Origin: Syntrophorhabdales bacterium
Lineage (GTDB): Bacteria; Desulfobacterota; Syntrophorhabdia; Syntrophorhabdales; WCHB1-27
NCBI GenBank assembly: GCA_035315185.1
Contig: DATFYE010000101.1
Span: forward strand, 115-64,114
Length of the DNA: 64,000 nucleotides
Reading direction: 5' to 3'
Under the pieces are notes generated by a model that was not told the origin of the DNA, ran no database searches, and worked only from the letters and a program-made list of their open reading frames with translations. Both the position numbers and the translations under genes were made by a program. Within the stretch, counting starts at the first letter, position 1. Every line of letters begins with the position of its first letter. Shown here one piece after another: positions 55,771 through 64,000 of the stretch.

Positions 55771-55885
55771 TTCCTTATCCCGAGAGAATCACGGTCTATG
55801 TGCTTGAGCCGCTCTCAATCCCTTCGAAGAGAACTTTTCCGGGCTGGCACGCTACCGTGCCCGTTACTCTTGAGGCTCCCTGCTT

Positions 55886-56464
55886 TCAAGGCCGGCCCTC
55901 CATCCGGTCCGTCTCCCTCTTGTGCAAGAAATAGATGATATAGACCAGGGCACCGGTCCAAAGTATGCCGAGAATGATCCAATGTTCGTACTGTCTCACA
56001 TTGACCATGACTGCCCGTGCTGCAGCCCCGAAAAGATAGCCGACAAACGCCACTACCACGGACCAGACGAGCGCCCCGATCAGATTGAGGATAACAAAAC
56101 GGCTGGTACTGATGCCGCTCAAGCCAAAGGCAAACGGTGTCACCGTGCGAAGGCCGTACATGAAACGAAACCCGAGGACGACGAGGGTCCGGTACTGGTC
56201 AAAAAGCTGCAATACCCTTGCAACCTTGGTCTCCCAGGCAGGTCGCCTGTGCAGGAAGGTCTTACCCTTCATCCGTCCGACAAAGAAATAGAACTGATCT
56301 CCCGCCAGACTCCCCAGAAAGGCGGCCAGTATGACCCATTGCAGCTTCAGGTATCCGCCGTGCGCTGCAAAGCCTGCGGCGATCAAGATGGTTTCTCCTT
56401 CGAAAAATGTGCCAACAACCAACGCCATGTACCCATAGTGCGAGACCAGATACTCGAAAGTCAT
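55886..56464 (-). CDS. DedA family membrane protein
   Basis: GTFFEGETILIAAGFAA.., GDQFYFFVGR.G, FRFMYGLRTVTPF motifs. Confidence 0.85.
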   Translation of the reverse strand: MTFEYLVSHYGYMALVVGTFFEGETILIAAGFAAHGGYLKLQWVILAAFLGSLAGDQFYFFVGRMKGKTFLHRRPAWETKVARVLQLFDQYRTLVVLGFRFMYGLRTVTPFAFGLSGISTSRFVILNLIGALVWSVVVAFVGYLFGAAARAVMVNVRQYEHWIILGILWTGALVYIIYFLHKRETDRMEGRP

Positions 56465-56848
56465 GCGCTTCTTCTCAAGCCCCGAGCCCGTGACAAAAAC
56501 CAGACTCCAACGTGGAGCTTAACCGGGAACTTGGAATAATTCTTTTCAACATCGTTGCACGGCCGCCATCTTATTTCTGTACAGGACACTCAGGCATTTC
56601 TGCAGAAAAAAGGGACCCCAACACTGAGAAAGCATTATGGTCCCTGCAAATAAGGATAGTACCGGTCTTGGAGTAAAGCAAGGAACGCAGAACGTGGTCC
56701 ATTTGACATCTCACCCATTGTAGGGAAAACTGTTAACCTCTTCAGGCTTCCGTGGATTGAATGAAGCCACGGCTGGGGTGGCACCAGGACGACGTGCTGC
56801 GGATGCGCGAAGGCGGCATCCTGCAAAGCGGGAAAGGAGAAGATCGTG

Positions 56849-59296
56849 ATGACTAAATCACCGGTTGCTCAAACCACTGCGTCAGGGAACCCCCTGAGCG
56901 CCGACGAACTTCGGAAGATCGACGCCTATTGGCGTGCAACTCTTTATCTCTGCGTCGGCATGATTTTTCTAAAGGACAATCCTCTCCTGAGAGAGCCCCT
57001 TAAGATGGAACACATTAAGCGGCGCCTCCTGGGCCATTGGGGATCGGACCCCGGTCAGACGTTGACTTGGGTGCACCTGAACCGGTTGATCAAGAAGTAT
57101 GACCTGAACATGATCTATATCTCAGGGCCCGGTCACGGCGCGCCCGCCACCCTTTCCAACGCTTACCTCGAAGGAGCCTATTCCGAGATCTACCCGGATA
57201 AGAGCGAAGACTTAGAGGGCATGCGAAAGTTCCTCAAAGAGTTCTCCTTCCCCGGAGGCATCGGCAGCCACTGCACTCCCGAGACCCCCGGCTCGATTCA
57301 CGAGGGTGGCGAACTGGGCTATAGCATATCCCACGCCTTTGGGGCGGCCTTCGATAACCCTGATCTGATCGTTGCAGTCATGGTGGGCGACGGTGAGGCC
57401 GAGACCGGGCCTCTGGCCACGGCCTGGCACTCCAACAAGTTTCTCAATCCCATCCGTGACGGCGCGGTACTCCCCATCCTGCACCTGAACGGCTACAAAA
57501 TTGCCAATCCAACGGTGTTGGCAAGAATTAGCCACCAGCAGCTTGAGAGTCTGTTTATCGGCTACGGGTATAAACCCTACTTTGTCGAAGGTTCTAACGT
57601 TGAAGCGATGCACCAGTTGATGGCCCAAACGCTGGAGACGGTGATCGCGGAGATCAAGAAGATCCAGCACGAAGCCCGCACCACTGGCATTACTCAGCTG
57701 CCCGAGTGGCCGATGATCGTGCTTCGCACGCCCAAAGGCTGGACGGGCCCCAAGGAAGTGGACGGTCACAAGGTGGAAGATTTCTGGCGTGCTCACCAGG
57801 TGCCCTTCCAGGTTCACGAAAATCCTGCTCACCTGAAGCTGCTCGAGGAGTGGATGCACAGCTACAGGCCCGAGGAACTGTTTGACGAGAAGGGCAAGCT
57901 GATTCCGGAGCTGAAGGCATTGGCTCCCGCCGGCACTCGACGCTTGAGCGCCAACCCCGTTACTAATGGAGGCTTGGTGCGCACTTCACTTCGCCTGCCG
58001 GAGTTTCGTAACTACGCTGTCGAAGTGACCAGGCCCGGCAGCGCCATGGTCGGGAACACACAAGTTCTGGGCGTCTTCCTGCGCGACGTGATGCGCAACA
58101 ACATGACCAGTTTTCGGGTCTTTGGTCCGGATGAAACTGCCTCCAACCAACTCACGGCCATTTACGAAGCCACCAAGAAGACCTGGATGGAGGAAATCAA
58201 GCCCGAGGATGCGGATGGCAGCGAACTCTCCCCTCACGGTCGGGTAATGGAGATGCTCAGCGAGCACACGTTAGAGGGCTGGCTGGAAGGATACCTGCTG
58301 ACCGGGCGTCACGGTCTCTTCGCTTCGTATGAAGCCTTCATCCATGTGATCGACTCGATGTTCAACCAGCATGCCAAGTGGCTGGAGAAGTGCCAGGATG
58401 TCCCTTGGCGAACTCCCGTTTCTTCACTGAACATATTGATCACTTCCGTCGTCTGGCGCCAGGACCACAACGGCTTCAGCCACCAGGACCCCGGCTTTCT
58501 GGACCTGGTCACCAACAAGAGCGCGAAGGTGACGCGTATCTACCTGCCGCCCGATGCCAACTGTCTGCTGTCGGTGGCGGACCACTGCCTGCGCAGCACA
58601 AACTATGTCAATGTTATCGTTTCGGATAAGCAGCTTCACCTCCAATATCTGACCATGGATGAAGCCATCCAGCACTGTTCCAAGGGCATCGGCATCTGGG
58701 ATTGGGCCAGCACCGACCAGGGAGGCGAACCCGACGTAGTATTGGCCTGCGCGGGCGACATCCCCACCACGGAAGCCCTGGCGGCAGACGCTTTGCTCCG
58801 TGAGCACTTTCCCGATCTCAAGATCCGTTTCATCAACGTCGTCGACCTGTTCAAGCTGGAACCGCAGACCGAACACGGCCATGGCCTGTCAGACCAGGAG
58901 TTTGACAGCCTGTTCACCACAGACAAGCCGATCATTTTTGATTTTCATGGCTACCCCTGGCTGATCCACAAGCTCGCTTACCGGCGCACCAACCACAAGA
59001 ACCTGCACGTGCGCGGCTACAAGGAACACGGCAATATTGATACGCCGCTGGAGCTCGCCATTCGCAACCAGATCGATCGTTTCAATCTGGCGATTGATGT
59101 CATCGACCGGGTCCCCAAGCTGCGAATTATAGGGGCTCAAGTCAAGGAGTGGTTAAAGAACCAGATTATCGAGAATACCAACTATGCGTATGAGCAGGGT
59201 ATCGATAAGCCCGAGTTCACCGATTGGAAGTGGCCTGGGGGACGTGAGCCGGACACAGGGTCAAGGGGCATGGGTCAAGGGTCAAGGAAAAAATGA
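56849..59296 (+). CDS. xfp: phosphoketolase (xylulose-5-P/fructose-6-P)
   Basis: [44 protein letters not shown], a full-length match to the XFP pattern. A short Gly/Ser/Arg-rich C-terminal tail. Confidence 0.93.
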   Translation: MTKSPVAQTTASGNPLSADELRKIDAYWRATLYLCVGMIFLKDNPLLREPLKMEHIKRRLLGHWGSDPGQTLTWVHLNRLIKKYDLNMIYISGPGHGAPATLSNAYLEGAYSEIYPDKSEDLEGMRKFLKEFSFPGGIGSHCTPETPGSIHEGGELGYSISHAFGAAFDNPDLIVAVMVGDGEAETGPLATAWHSNKFLNPIRDGAVLPILHLNGYKIANPTVLARISHQQLESLFIGYGYKPYFVEGSNVEAMHQLMAQTLETVIAEIKKIQHEARTTGITQLPEWPMIVLRTPKGWTGPKEVDGHKVEDFWRAHQVPFQVHENPAHLKLLEEWMHSYRPEELFDEKGKLIPELKALAPAGTRRLSANPVTNGGLVRTSLRLPEFRNYAVEVTRPGSAMVGNTQVLGVFLRDVMRNNMTSFRVFGPDETASNQLTAIYEATKKTWMEEIKPEDADGSELSPHGRVMEMLSEHTLEGWLEGYLLTGRHGLFASYEAFIHVIDSMFNQHAKWLEKCQDVPWRTPVSSLNILITSVVWRQDHNGFSHQDPGFLDLVTNKSAKVTRIYLPPDANCLLSVADHCLRSTNYVNVIVSDKQLHLQYLTMDEAIQHCSKGIGIWDWASTDQGGEPDVVLACAGDIPTTEALAADALLREHFPDLKIRFINVVDLFKLEPQTEHGHGLSDQEFDSLFTTDKPIIFDFHGYPWLIHKLAYRRTNHKNLHVRGYKEHGNIDTPLELAIRNQIDRFNLAIDVIDRVPKLRIIGAQVKEWLKNQIIENTNYAYEQGIDKPEFTDWKWPGGREPDTGSRGMGQGSRKK

Positions 59297-59333
59297 CCAC
59301 GCGCACCACAATGCTTTCAATGGATACCCGCCA

Positions 59334-61892
59334 TCACACCTCGCGAGCTTTGTTTACCACAAAACGCCGGTAGAAGAGTTGCTTGACTCCCTCTGCTGCA
59401 GAGAGGTAGACCACGACCATACCGGCAAGCAGCAGGAAGAACAAGGGAGGGGGCGCCACAAAACCCAGGTACGCGCCTAATGGTGACAGGGGCAACACAA
59501 CGGCTACGGCTACGGTAATCAGGGCGCCGATCGCCAGCCATCGGTTCGGGCGGCTCTTCAGCGGGTTTCTCTGGGTACGGATGATAAAAATGACCAGCAC
59601 CTGCGTGGCCATCGATTCGATGAACCAGCCCGTATGAAAGAGGGCTTCACCCGCATGGAAAATCTTGAGCATAATGTAAAACGTAAGGAAGTCAAAGACT
59701 GAACTGACCGGTCCCATAGCAAGCATGAAATTGCGGATCAGCTTCATATCCCACTGCCGCGGACGGATCAGATACTCCTCGTCAACCTTGTCTAAAGGGA
59801 TCGGTATCTCGGAAAAGTCGTAGAGGAGGTTGTTGAGGAGGATCTGTCCCGGCAACATCGGAAGGAAGGGAAGGAAGAGCGAGGCGCCGGCCATGCTGAA
59901 CATGTTGCCGAAATTGGAGCTGGTCCCCATCATGATGTATTTCATTATGTTGCCGAAGGTGCGCCGTCCCTCGAAGACCCCTTCGGCAATCACATTCAGG
60001 TCACGTTCCAGCATGATCATGTCCGCGGCATCTTTCGCTACGTCGACAGCAGTATCAACAGAAAAGCCGATGTCTGCGGAATGGAGCGAAGGCGCATCGT
60101 TTATGCCGTCACCTAGATAACCGACTACTCGCCCGCGCCGCTTGAGCGCCAGAATGATCCTGTTTTTCTGGGCCGGCGCAACCCGGCAGAACAAGTCTAC
60201 AGTCTCTACCTGCGCCAGCAGCGCTTGGTCATCCATCTGCTGGATTTCCGGACCCGTGAGCGCTCTCCCCTCGGGAAGACCGAGTTGCCGGCAGATATGC
60301 TGTGTCACGAGGTCATTGTCACCGGTAACGACTTTCACCTTAATTCCTGCCGAAGTAAGCCGGGCGAGGGCTTCTTTGGCGCTCGCCTTGGGCGGGTCGA
60401 GAAACGCGGCAAAACCGACAAAGGTCAGCTCTGTCTCGTCACTTACCACGGCATGAGGGTGATCGGCGGCCACAGGATGCCATGCGATGCCCAGAACCCG
60501 AAAACCGTCGCGCCCCAGGCTCTCATAAAGACCCTTGATTGTGTTACGCGTCGTTTCGTCCAAAGGCCGCAGATCATTCTCGCCCTCCCCTTCACACCTG
60601 GTCGAGAGCCTGAGAATATCTTCCGGCGCTCCCTTGACTACGAGGATCCTTGCCTGGCTCCTCTCGATAAGCACCGAGACGCGCCGCCGCTCGAAGTCGA
60701 AAGGGACCTCATCGATCTTTCGCCAGCCGCTCGCGTCAATCTCTCGGTGCTCGAGGATCGCGTCATCGAGGGGACTCTTCAGGCCGGTCTCGAAGAAGCT
60801 ATTCAAGTACGCCAGTTCCAGGACCCGGGAGCTCTCCTGTCCAAGACCATTCACGTGGCGCTCCAGATGAATGCGAGCCTCCGTGAGGGTACCTGTTTTG
60901 TCCGTACAGAGCACATCCATGCTGCCGAGGTTCTGGATGGCTGACAATCGTTTCACGATCACCTTTTTTGCCGCCATGCGCAGGGCCCCCTTCGAGAGGG
61001 TGACCGAAACCACCATGGGCAACATTTCCGGGGTGAGGCCAACAGCGAGGGCTACGGCGAAAAGGAAAGATTCCAGCCACGGCCGATGAGAAAGGGCGTT
61101 GACCAGCAGAACGAACAAAACAAGGAGAATCGTTAACCGCATGATCAGGAGACCGAAGCGGTGGGTGCCATGCTCAAACGCCGTGGGGGGCGCCTTTGCC
61201 ACGAGACTATCCGCAATTTCGCCAAACGCAGTATGTGATCCCGTGCGGCAGACCAGGATTTTCGCAGAGCCGCTGATGACCGAGGTGCCCATGAGCACTG
61301 CATTAGCGGCCGAGAGAAGCTCCTTTTCCTCAGGCAATTCACCCGGGATCTTTTCTACGGGATAAGGTTCTCCTGTGAGGAGGGCCTGGTTCAAAAAGAA
61401 ATCCTTTGCTTCGAGAATTCGCCCATCACCGGGTATCAGGTCCCCAGCCGCGAGCAGGACAACGTCTCCGGGCACCAATCCTTCCAGCGCAAGGTCGGAA
61501 GGTTTACCGTCCCGTAGCACCTGGACGCGCACGGCTACCGACTGGCGAAGGCGTTCTGCCGCTTCCCCGGCCCGGTGCTCCTGAATGAAATCGAGAGTGA
61601 CGCTGACGAGAATGATGGTGCTGATGATAATGAAGCCGGTAAGATCGCCGGTAAGCGCTAATATGCAACTGGCAACCAGCAGAATGATGACGAGAGGATT
61701 GCGGAATTTCGCCAGATACTGTAAAAGCACCGCACTTTTTTTTGTTGCGTGCACTTGATTGGGCCCGAAACGGGTGAGGCGTGCGGCCGCCTCTGCACTT
61801 GTCAGCCCGGAAGGGCCGGAGGCAACCTGTTCCAGGAGAACAGGGGTTGGCAGTTGCCAGAATGCGTTCTGTTCTTGAGGAGTAAATTTCAC
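59334..61892 (-). CDS. mgtA: magnesium-translocating P-type ATPase
   Basis: DKTGTLT phosphorylation site, TGDN, GDGINDAP, and an MgtA-type N-terminus (LPTPVLLEQ..SGLTSAEAAARL..FGPN). Confidence 0.9.
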   Translation of the reverse strand: MKFTPQEQNAFWQLPTPVLLEQVASGPSGLTSAEAAARLTRFGPNQVHATKKSAVLLQYLAKFRNPLVIILLVASCILALTGDLTGFIIISTIILVSVTLDFIQEHRAGEAAERLRQSVAVRVQVLRDGKPSDLALEGLVPGDVVLLAAGDLIPGDGRILEAKDFFLNQALLTGEPYPVEKIPGELPEEKELLSAANAVLMGTSVISGSAKILVCRTGSHTAFGEIADSLVAKAPPTAFEHGTHRFGLLIMRLTILLVLFVLLVNALSHRPWLESFLFAVALAVGLTPEMLPMVVSVTLSKGALRMAAKKVIVKRLSAIQNLGSMDVLCTDKTGTLTEARIHLERHVNGLGQESSRVLELAYLNSFFETGLKSPLDDAILEHREIDASGWRKIDEVPFDFERRRVSVLIERSQARILVVKGAPEDILRLSTRCEGEGENDLRPLDETTRNTIKGLYESLGRDGFRVLGIAWHPVAADHPHAVVSDETELTFVGFAAFLDPPKASAKEALARLTSAGIKVKVVTGDNDLVTQHICRQLGLPEGRALTGPEIQQMDDQALLAQVETVDLFCRVAPAQKNRIILALKRRGRVVGYLGDGINDAPSLHSADIGFSVDTAVDVAKDAADMIMLERDLNVIAEGVFEGRRTFGNIMKYIMMGTSSNFGNMFSMAGASLFLPFLPMLPGQILLNNLLYDFSEIPIPLDKVDEEYLIRPRQWDMKLIRNFMLAMGPVSSVFDFLTFYIMLKIFHAGEALFHTGWFIESMATQVLVIFIIRTQRNPLKSRPNRWLAIGALITVAVAVVLPLSPLGAYLGFVAPPPLFFLLLAGMVVVYLSAAEGVKQLFYRRFVVNKAREV

Positions 61893-62129
61893 CGGCTTAC
61901 ATTCCTTTTCCAGAACTTAAGTTTACTTTACGTGGAGATTGTTGCTGTCTCTTGCATTATTGCACGAGGGGAGAAGATTTTCCACGTCAATCGAGACACC
62001 CTCGCATAGGAGAATTGACTGCATAGTTGAAACACGTCCGGCCGGCAGAGCAATAGGACTTTCCGACGCCGTGTGCGGCACAGCCGACCGGTCTGTTGAA
62101 AATAGCAATGGAAAGGTTCAACTAACAGC
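61893..62129 (-). promoter_or_regulatory. long structured 5' leader of mgtA (candidate Mg2+-responsive attenuator/riboswitch)
   Basis: On the minus strand TAGTTGAA can pair either with a nearby TTCAAC or with a distal TTCAACTA. Further mutually exclusive stems exist (CGAGGG/CCCTCG, TGTCTC/GAGACA). A GUCGGAAAG string recalls the M-box, but overall similarity is weak. Confidence 0.35.
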
Positions 62130-62159
62130 TTGACATCGCCTTTTTCATTTCCCTATACT
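62130..62159 (+). promoter_or_regulatory. sigma70-like promoter
   Basis: TTGACA (62130-62135), 18 nt, TATACT (62154-62159), upstream of the desaturase-like ORF. Confidence 0.5.
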
Positions 62160-62224
62160 CACCTAATGGACGGCGAAAGCCTTGCTGGTCTGATGTCAAA
62201 AGACTCCCAGTCGGGGAAGTTCCC

Positions 62225-62938
62225 ATGACGCAGAAACAGGAAATTCACGGGAGACCTGCCGGCCAGTCTGGCCAGCCTAAGAGATCGATCCTAAACCTGG
62301 AGTTTGGTGAAGACAGGGGCTTCGAGATAGATGTCCGGCAACGGGTCAATGCATACTTCCAACAGGGCACCGGGCGGTCGCCAACGGGTTCCTGGCCGAT
62401 GTACCTGAAGACGGCTATCATACTTGCCTGCTTCGCGACCTCCTACGTGCTGCTGGTGTTCGTGGCCAGAAGCGTGTGGCAGGGCCTGCCTCTGGTTATT
62501 CTGCTCGGCTTGTCCGTGGCGGGCATCGGCTTCAACATTGCCCATGACGGCGGACATAGGGCCTATGCGAAGGCCATCTGGGCCAACAAGTTGGCGGCAA
62601 TGACGGTGGACCTAATTGGAGTCAGCTCCTACGTCTGGTTCTGGAAACACGCCGTCATCCATGACCGGTATGTCAATATTACCGGCTACGACACCGATTG
62701 CGATATCGGCATTCTCGGTCGACTCTCGCCGCACAGCAAGCGGCTCCTGTTTCACCGATGGCAGCATTTTTGTCTCTGGCGGTCCGCGTTACTAGGATCG
62801 GTACCCCAATTGACATTGAGCGTTTTATGCCCATCTTATACGATAGGAGCAAAACCGCCTCGTTCGGCCAGCAACCTCACACGAGGAAGGCAGAGAAGGA
62901 CGGAAGAAACGGAGGAGAAGGATGATCCCACAAATTAA
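62225..62938 (+). pseudogene. truncated membrane fatty-acid desaturase
   Basis: First His box HDGGH. The second box is degenerate (WKHAVIHDRY instead of HxxHH). Homology (HRWQHF) ends and the frame runs into unrelated sequence. The third His box is absent. It overlaps the next gene. Confidence 0.55.
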
Positions 62939-63440
62939 AAAGATTCTTTACGCCACCGACCTTACGAAGAACTCGTCGTACGCATTTTATTTCGCCGCGG
63001 ATCTGGCGCAGAAGCATGATGCACAGATCGTGATCCTCCACTGCATAGCATCGATTCCAAGCCAGGCGTACTTCGAAGTAGGCTCGAAGGGTGACAGGAT
63101 CCTTGACAGGGCGAAAGCACAGGAGAAGGAGGACGATGTTGCCGACATCAAGAAGCACTTACAGGAATTCTGCCAGAAGGTCGAACCTCAGATTGGCCTG
63201 CCCTGCGTCAGCCTCGTATCCGAGGTCATCGTCAGGGAAGGCCACCCCGTGGAAGAAATCCTGAACGCGGCAGATACGAAGGGGTGTGACGTGATCGTCC
63301 TCGGGACCCACGGAAAAGGGTGGTTGAAACAGGCCTTTCTCGGCAGCGTGGCCCGTTCAGTGCTGGAGAGGACCCGAAGACCGGTTTTCATCATTCCGCT
63401 GCCATCTGACAAAACGAGCGTCGACTGGGCTGCGATCTGA
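62922..63440 (+). CDS. universal stress protein (UspA family)
   Basis: KKILYATDLT.., VILHCI, DVIVLGTHGKGWLKQAFLGSVARSVLERTRRPVFIIP. Confidence 0.85.
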   Translation: MIPQIKKILYATDLTKNSSYAFYFAADLAQKHDAQIVILHCIASIPSQAYFEVGSKGDRILDRAKAQEKEDDVADIKKHLQEFCQKVEPQIGLPCVSLVSEVIVREGHPVEEILNAADTKGCDVIVLGTHGKGWLKQAFLGSVARSVLERTRRPVFIIPLPSDKTSVDWAAI

Positions 63441-63519
63441 GGTATCCACGCCGGACAGATTGAATTGTTTCACAGCTTCTCATCGCTGGATTTGAAGCGA
63501 AGTTATTAAAGGAGGACAC

Positions 63520-63693
63520 ATGCCGACATGCGTCAAATGCGGTTCTCCAACCGCGTGCTGGGCGATCGTCGATAAGGAAAACTACTTAAAAGAGTACTGT
63601 GACAATTGCTTTAAAAAGTATGACCTGGCGAACTATAAAAAAGAAATGGATGAGTACCACAGGAAAGAGAAAGAGGAGAAGGCAAGACAGTGA
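63520..63693 (+). CDS. 57-aa zinc-ribbon-like protein (hypothetical)
   Basis: AAAGGAGG RBS. CVKC..(19 aa)..CDNC Cys pairs followed by a Lys/Glu-rich tail. Below the ORF-track cutoff. Confidence 0.45.
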   Translation: MPTCVKCGSPTACWAIVDKENYLKEYCDNCFKKYDLANYKKEMDEYHRKEKEEKARQ

Positions 63694-64000
63694 TGACCGT
63701 TATCATTGCCTTGAACTGCTTTCCGAATAACTATTAGTACCCAACACAATGGTTGGGCTCGCGTTAGTCTATGCACAATGATCTCTGCTTCTAAAGACCA
63801 GACTGCTTTCTGGCGGCTGTGACGATTACGGTCCTGCTCGAACAGATCACCGGGACAATCGGGGGAATAAAGGTGATAGTAAAGGAGCCTTTCAAGAAGG
63901 AGAAGTAACCCGGTCAAGCCATGAGGGCTTCCAGTCATTGTCGTAATGACTATGCTCGTCTTCATTAGTGTGCTATCATAGGTAATGAAGGCCCGGGTCT

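Noticed and set aside
61893-62224. A firm call of an M-box (ykoK) riboswitch upstream of mgtA
   Set aside because: Only short strings resemble the consensus and I could not thread the full multi-helix model by eye. It is kept as an unclassified structured-leader candidate pending cmscan.
63633-63965. 110-aa minus-strand ORF at the window end
   Set aside because: It overlaps the RBS-supported zinc-ribbon ORF. It has no RBS or family resemblance and its composition looks non-coding.
1-64000. Search for tRNA, rRNA, CRISPR arrays, transposases, integrases, phage genes and toxin-antitoxin pairs
   Set aside because: No cloverleaf-like or rRNA-like segments were seen, no arrays of short direct repeats with spacers, and no DDE, tyrosine-recombinase or phage structural motifs in any ORF. 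The repeats present are the intergenic element, the 80-nt pair and the PAS duplication.

Overview
The window looks like 64 kb of chromosome from a Gram-negative bacterium, probably an anaerobe. That guess rests on gene content (three B12-radical-SAM paralogs, an ADP-forming acyl-CoA synthetase-GNAT fusion, phosphoketolase, Mla, AsmA, MgtA); taxon cannot be assigned from sequence alone. I found no rRNA, tRNA, CRISPR array, transposase or integrase. Four things stand out. (1) At 14.07-30.3 kb on the minus strand, nine genes sit within 45 nt of each other or overlap. They centre on a 2641-aa single-polypeptide synthase (degenerate NMO-like domain, ER, KS, AT, ACP, KR, DH). With it are an Sfp-type PPTase, two GNAT-fold acyltransferases, an ABC-2 exporter, a membrane-anchored sulfatase-fold transferase and a B12-radical-SAM enzyme. 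This looks like an uncharacterised secondary-lipid biosynthesis and export system. (2) At 4.1-10.9 kb there is a sphingolipid-type gene set: an epimerase-like SDR, a serine-palmitoyltransferase-like alpha-oxoamine synthase, a PAP2_C phosphotransferase, an ACP and a KAS-II. (3) A conserved intergenic element of about 80-115 nt occurs at least five times, always on the plus strand and 60-125 nt upstream of plus-strand stress or envelope genes. Those genes include CsbD, a Spy/CpxP-like protein, a B12-rSAM gene, small membrane proteins, and an island with BON, YccF, YtxH and DUF3309 genes. It is a candidate shared promoter/leader that defines a regulon. (4) An MlaF-type ATPase is fused to a degenerate GGDEF domain. 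Smaller items are a PAS-module duplication inside a histidine kinase, several gene remnants, a long structured mgtA leader, and five genes under 60 aa that the ORF track does not list. All family calls come from motifs read by eye in the translations; no database search was run.
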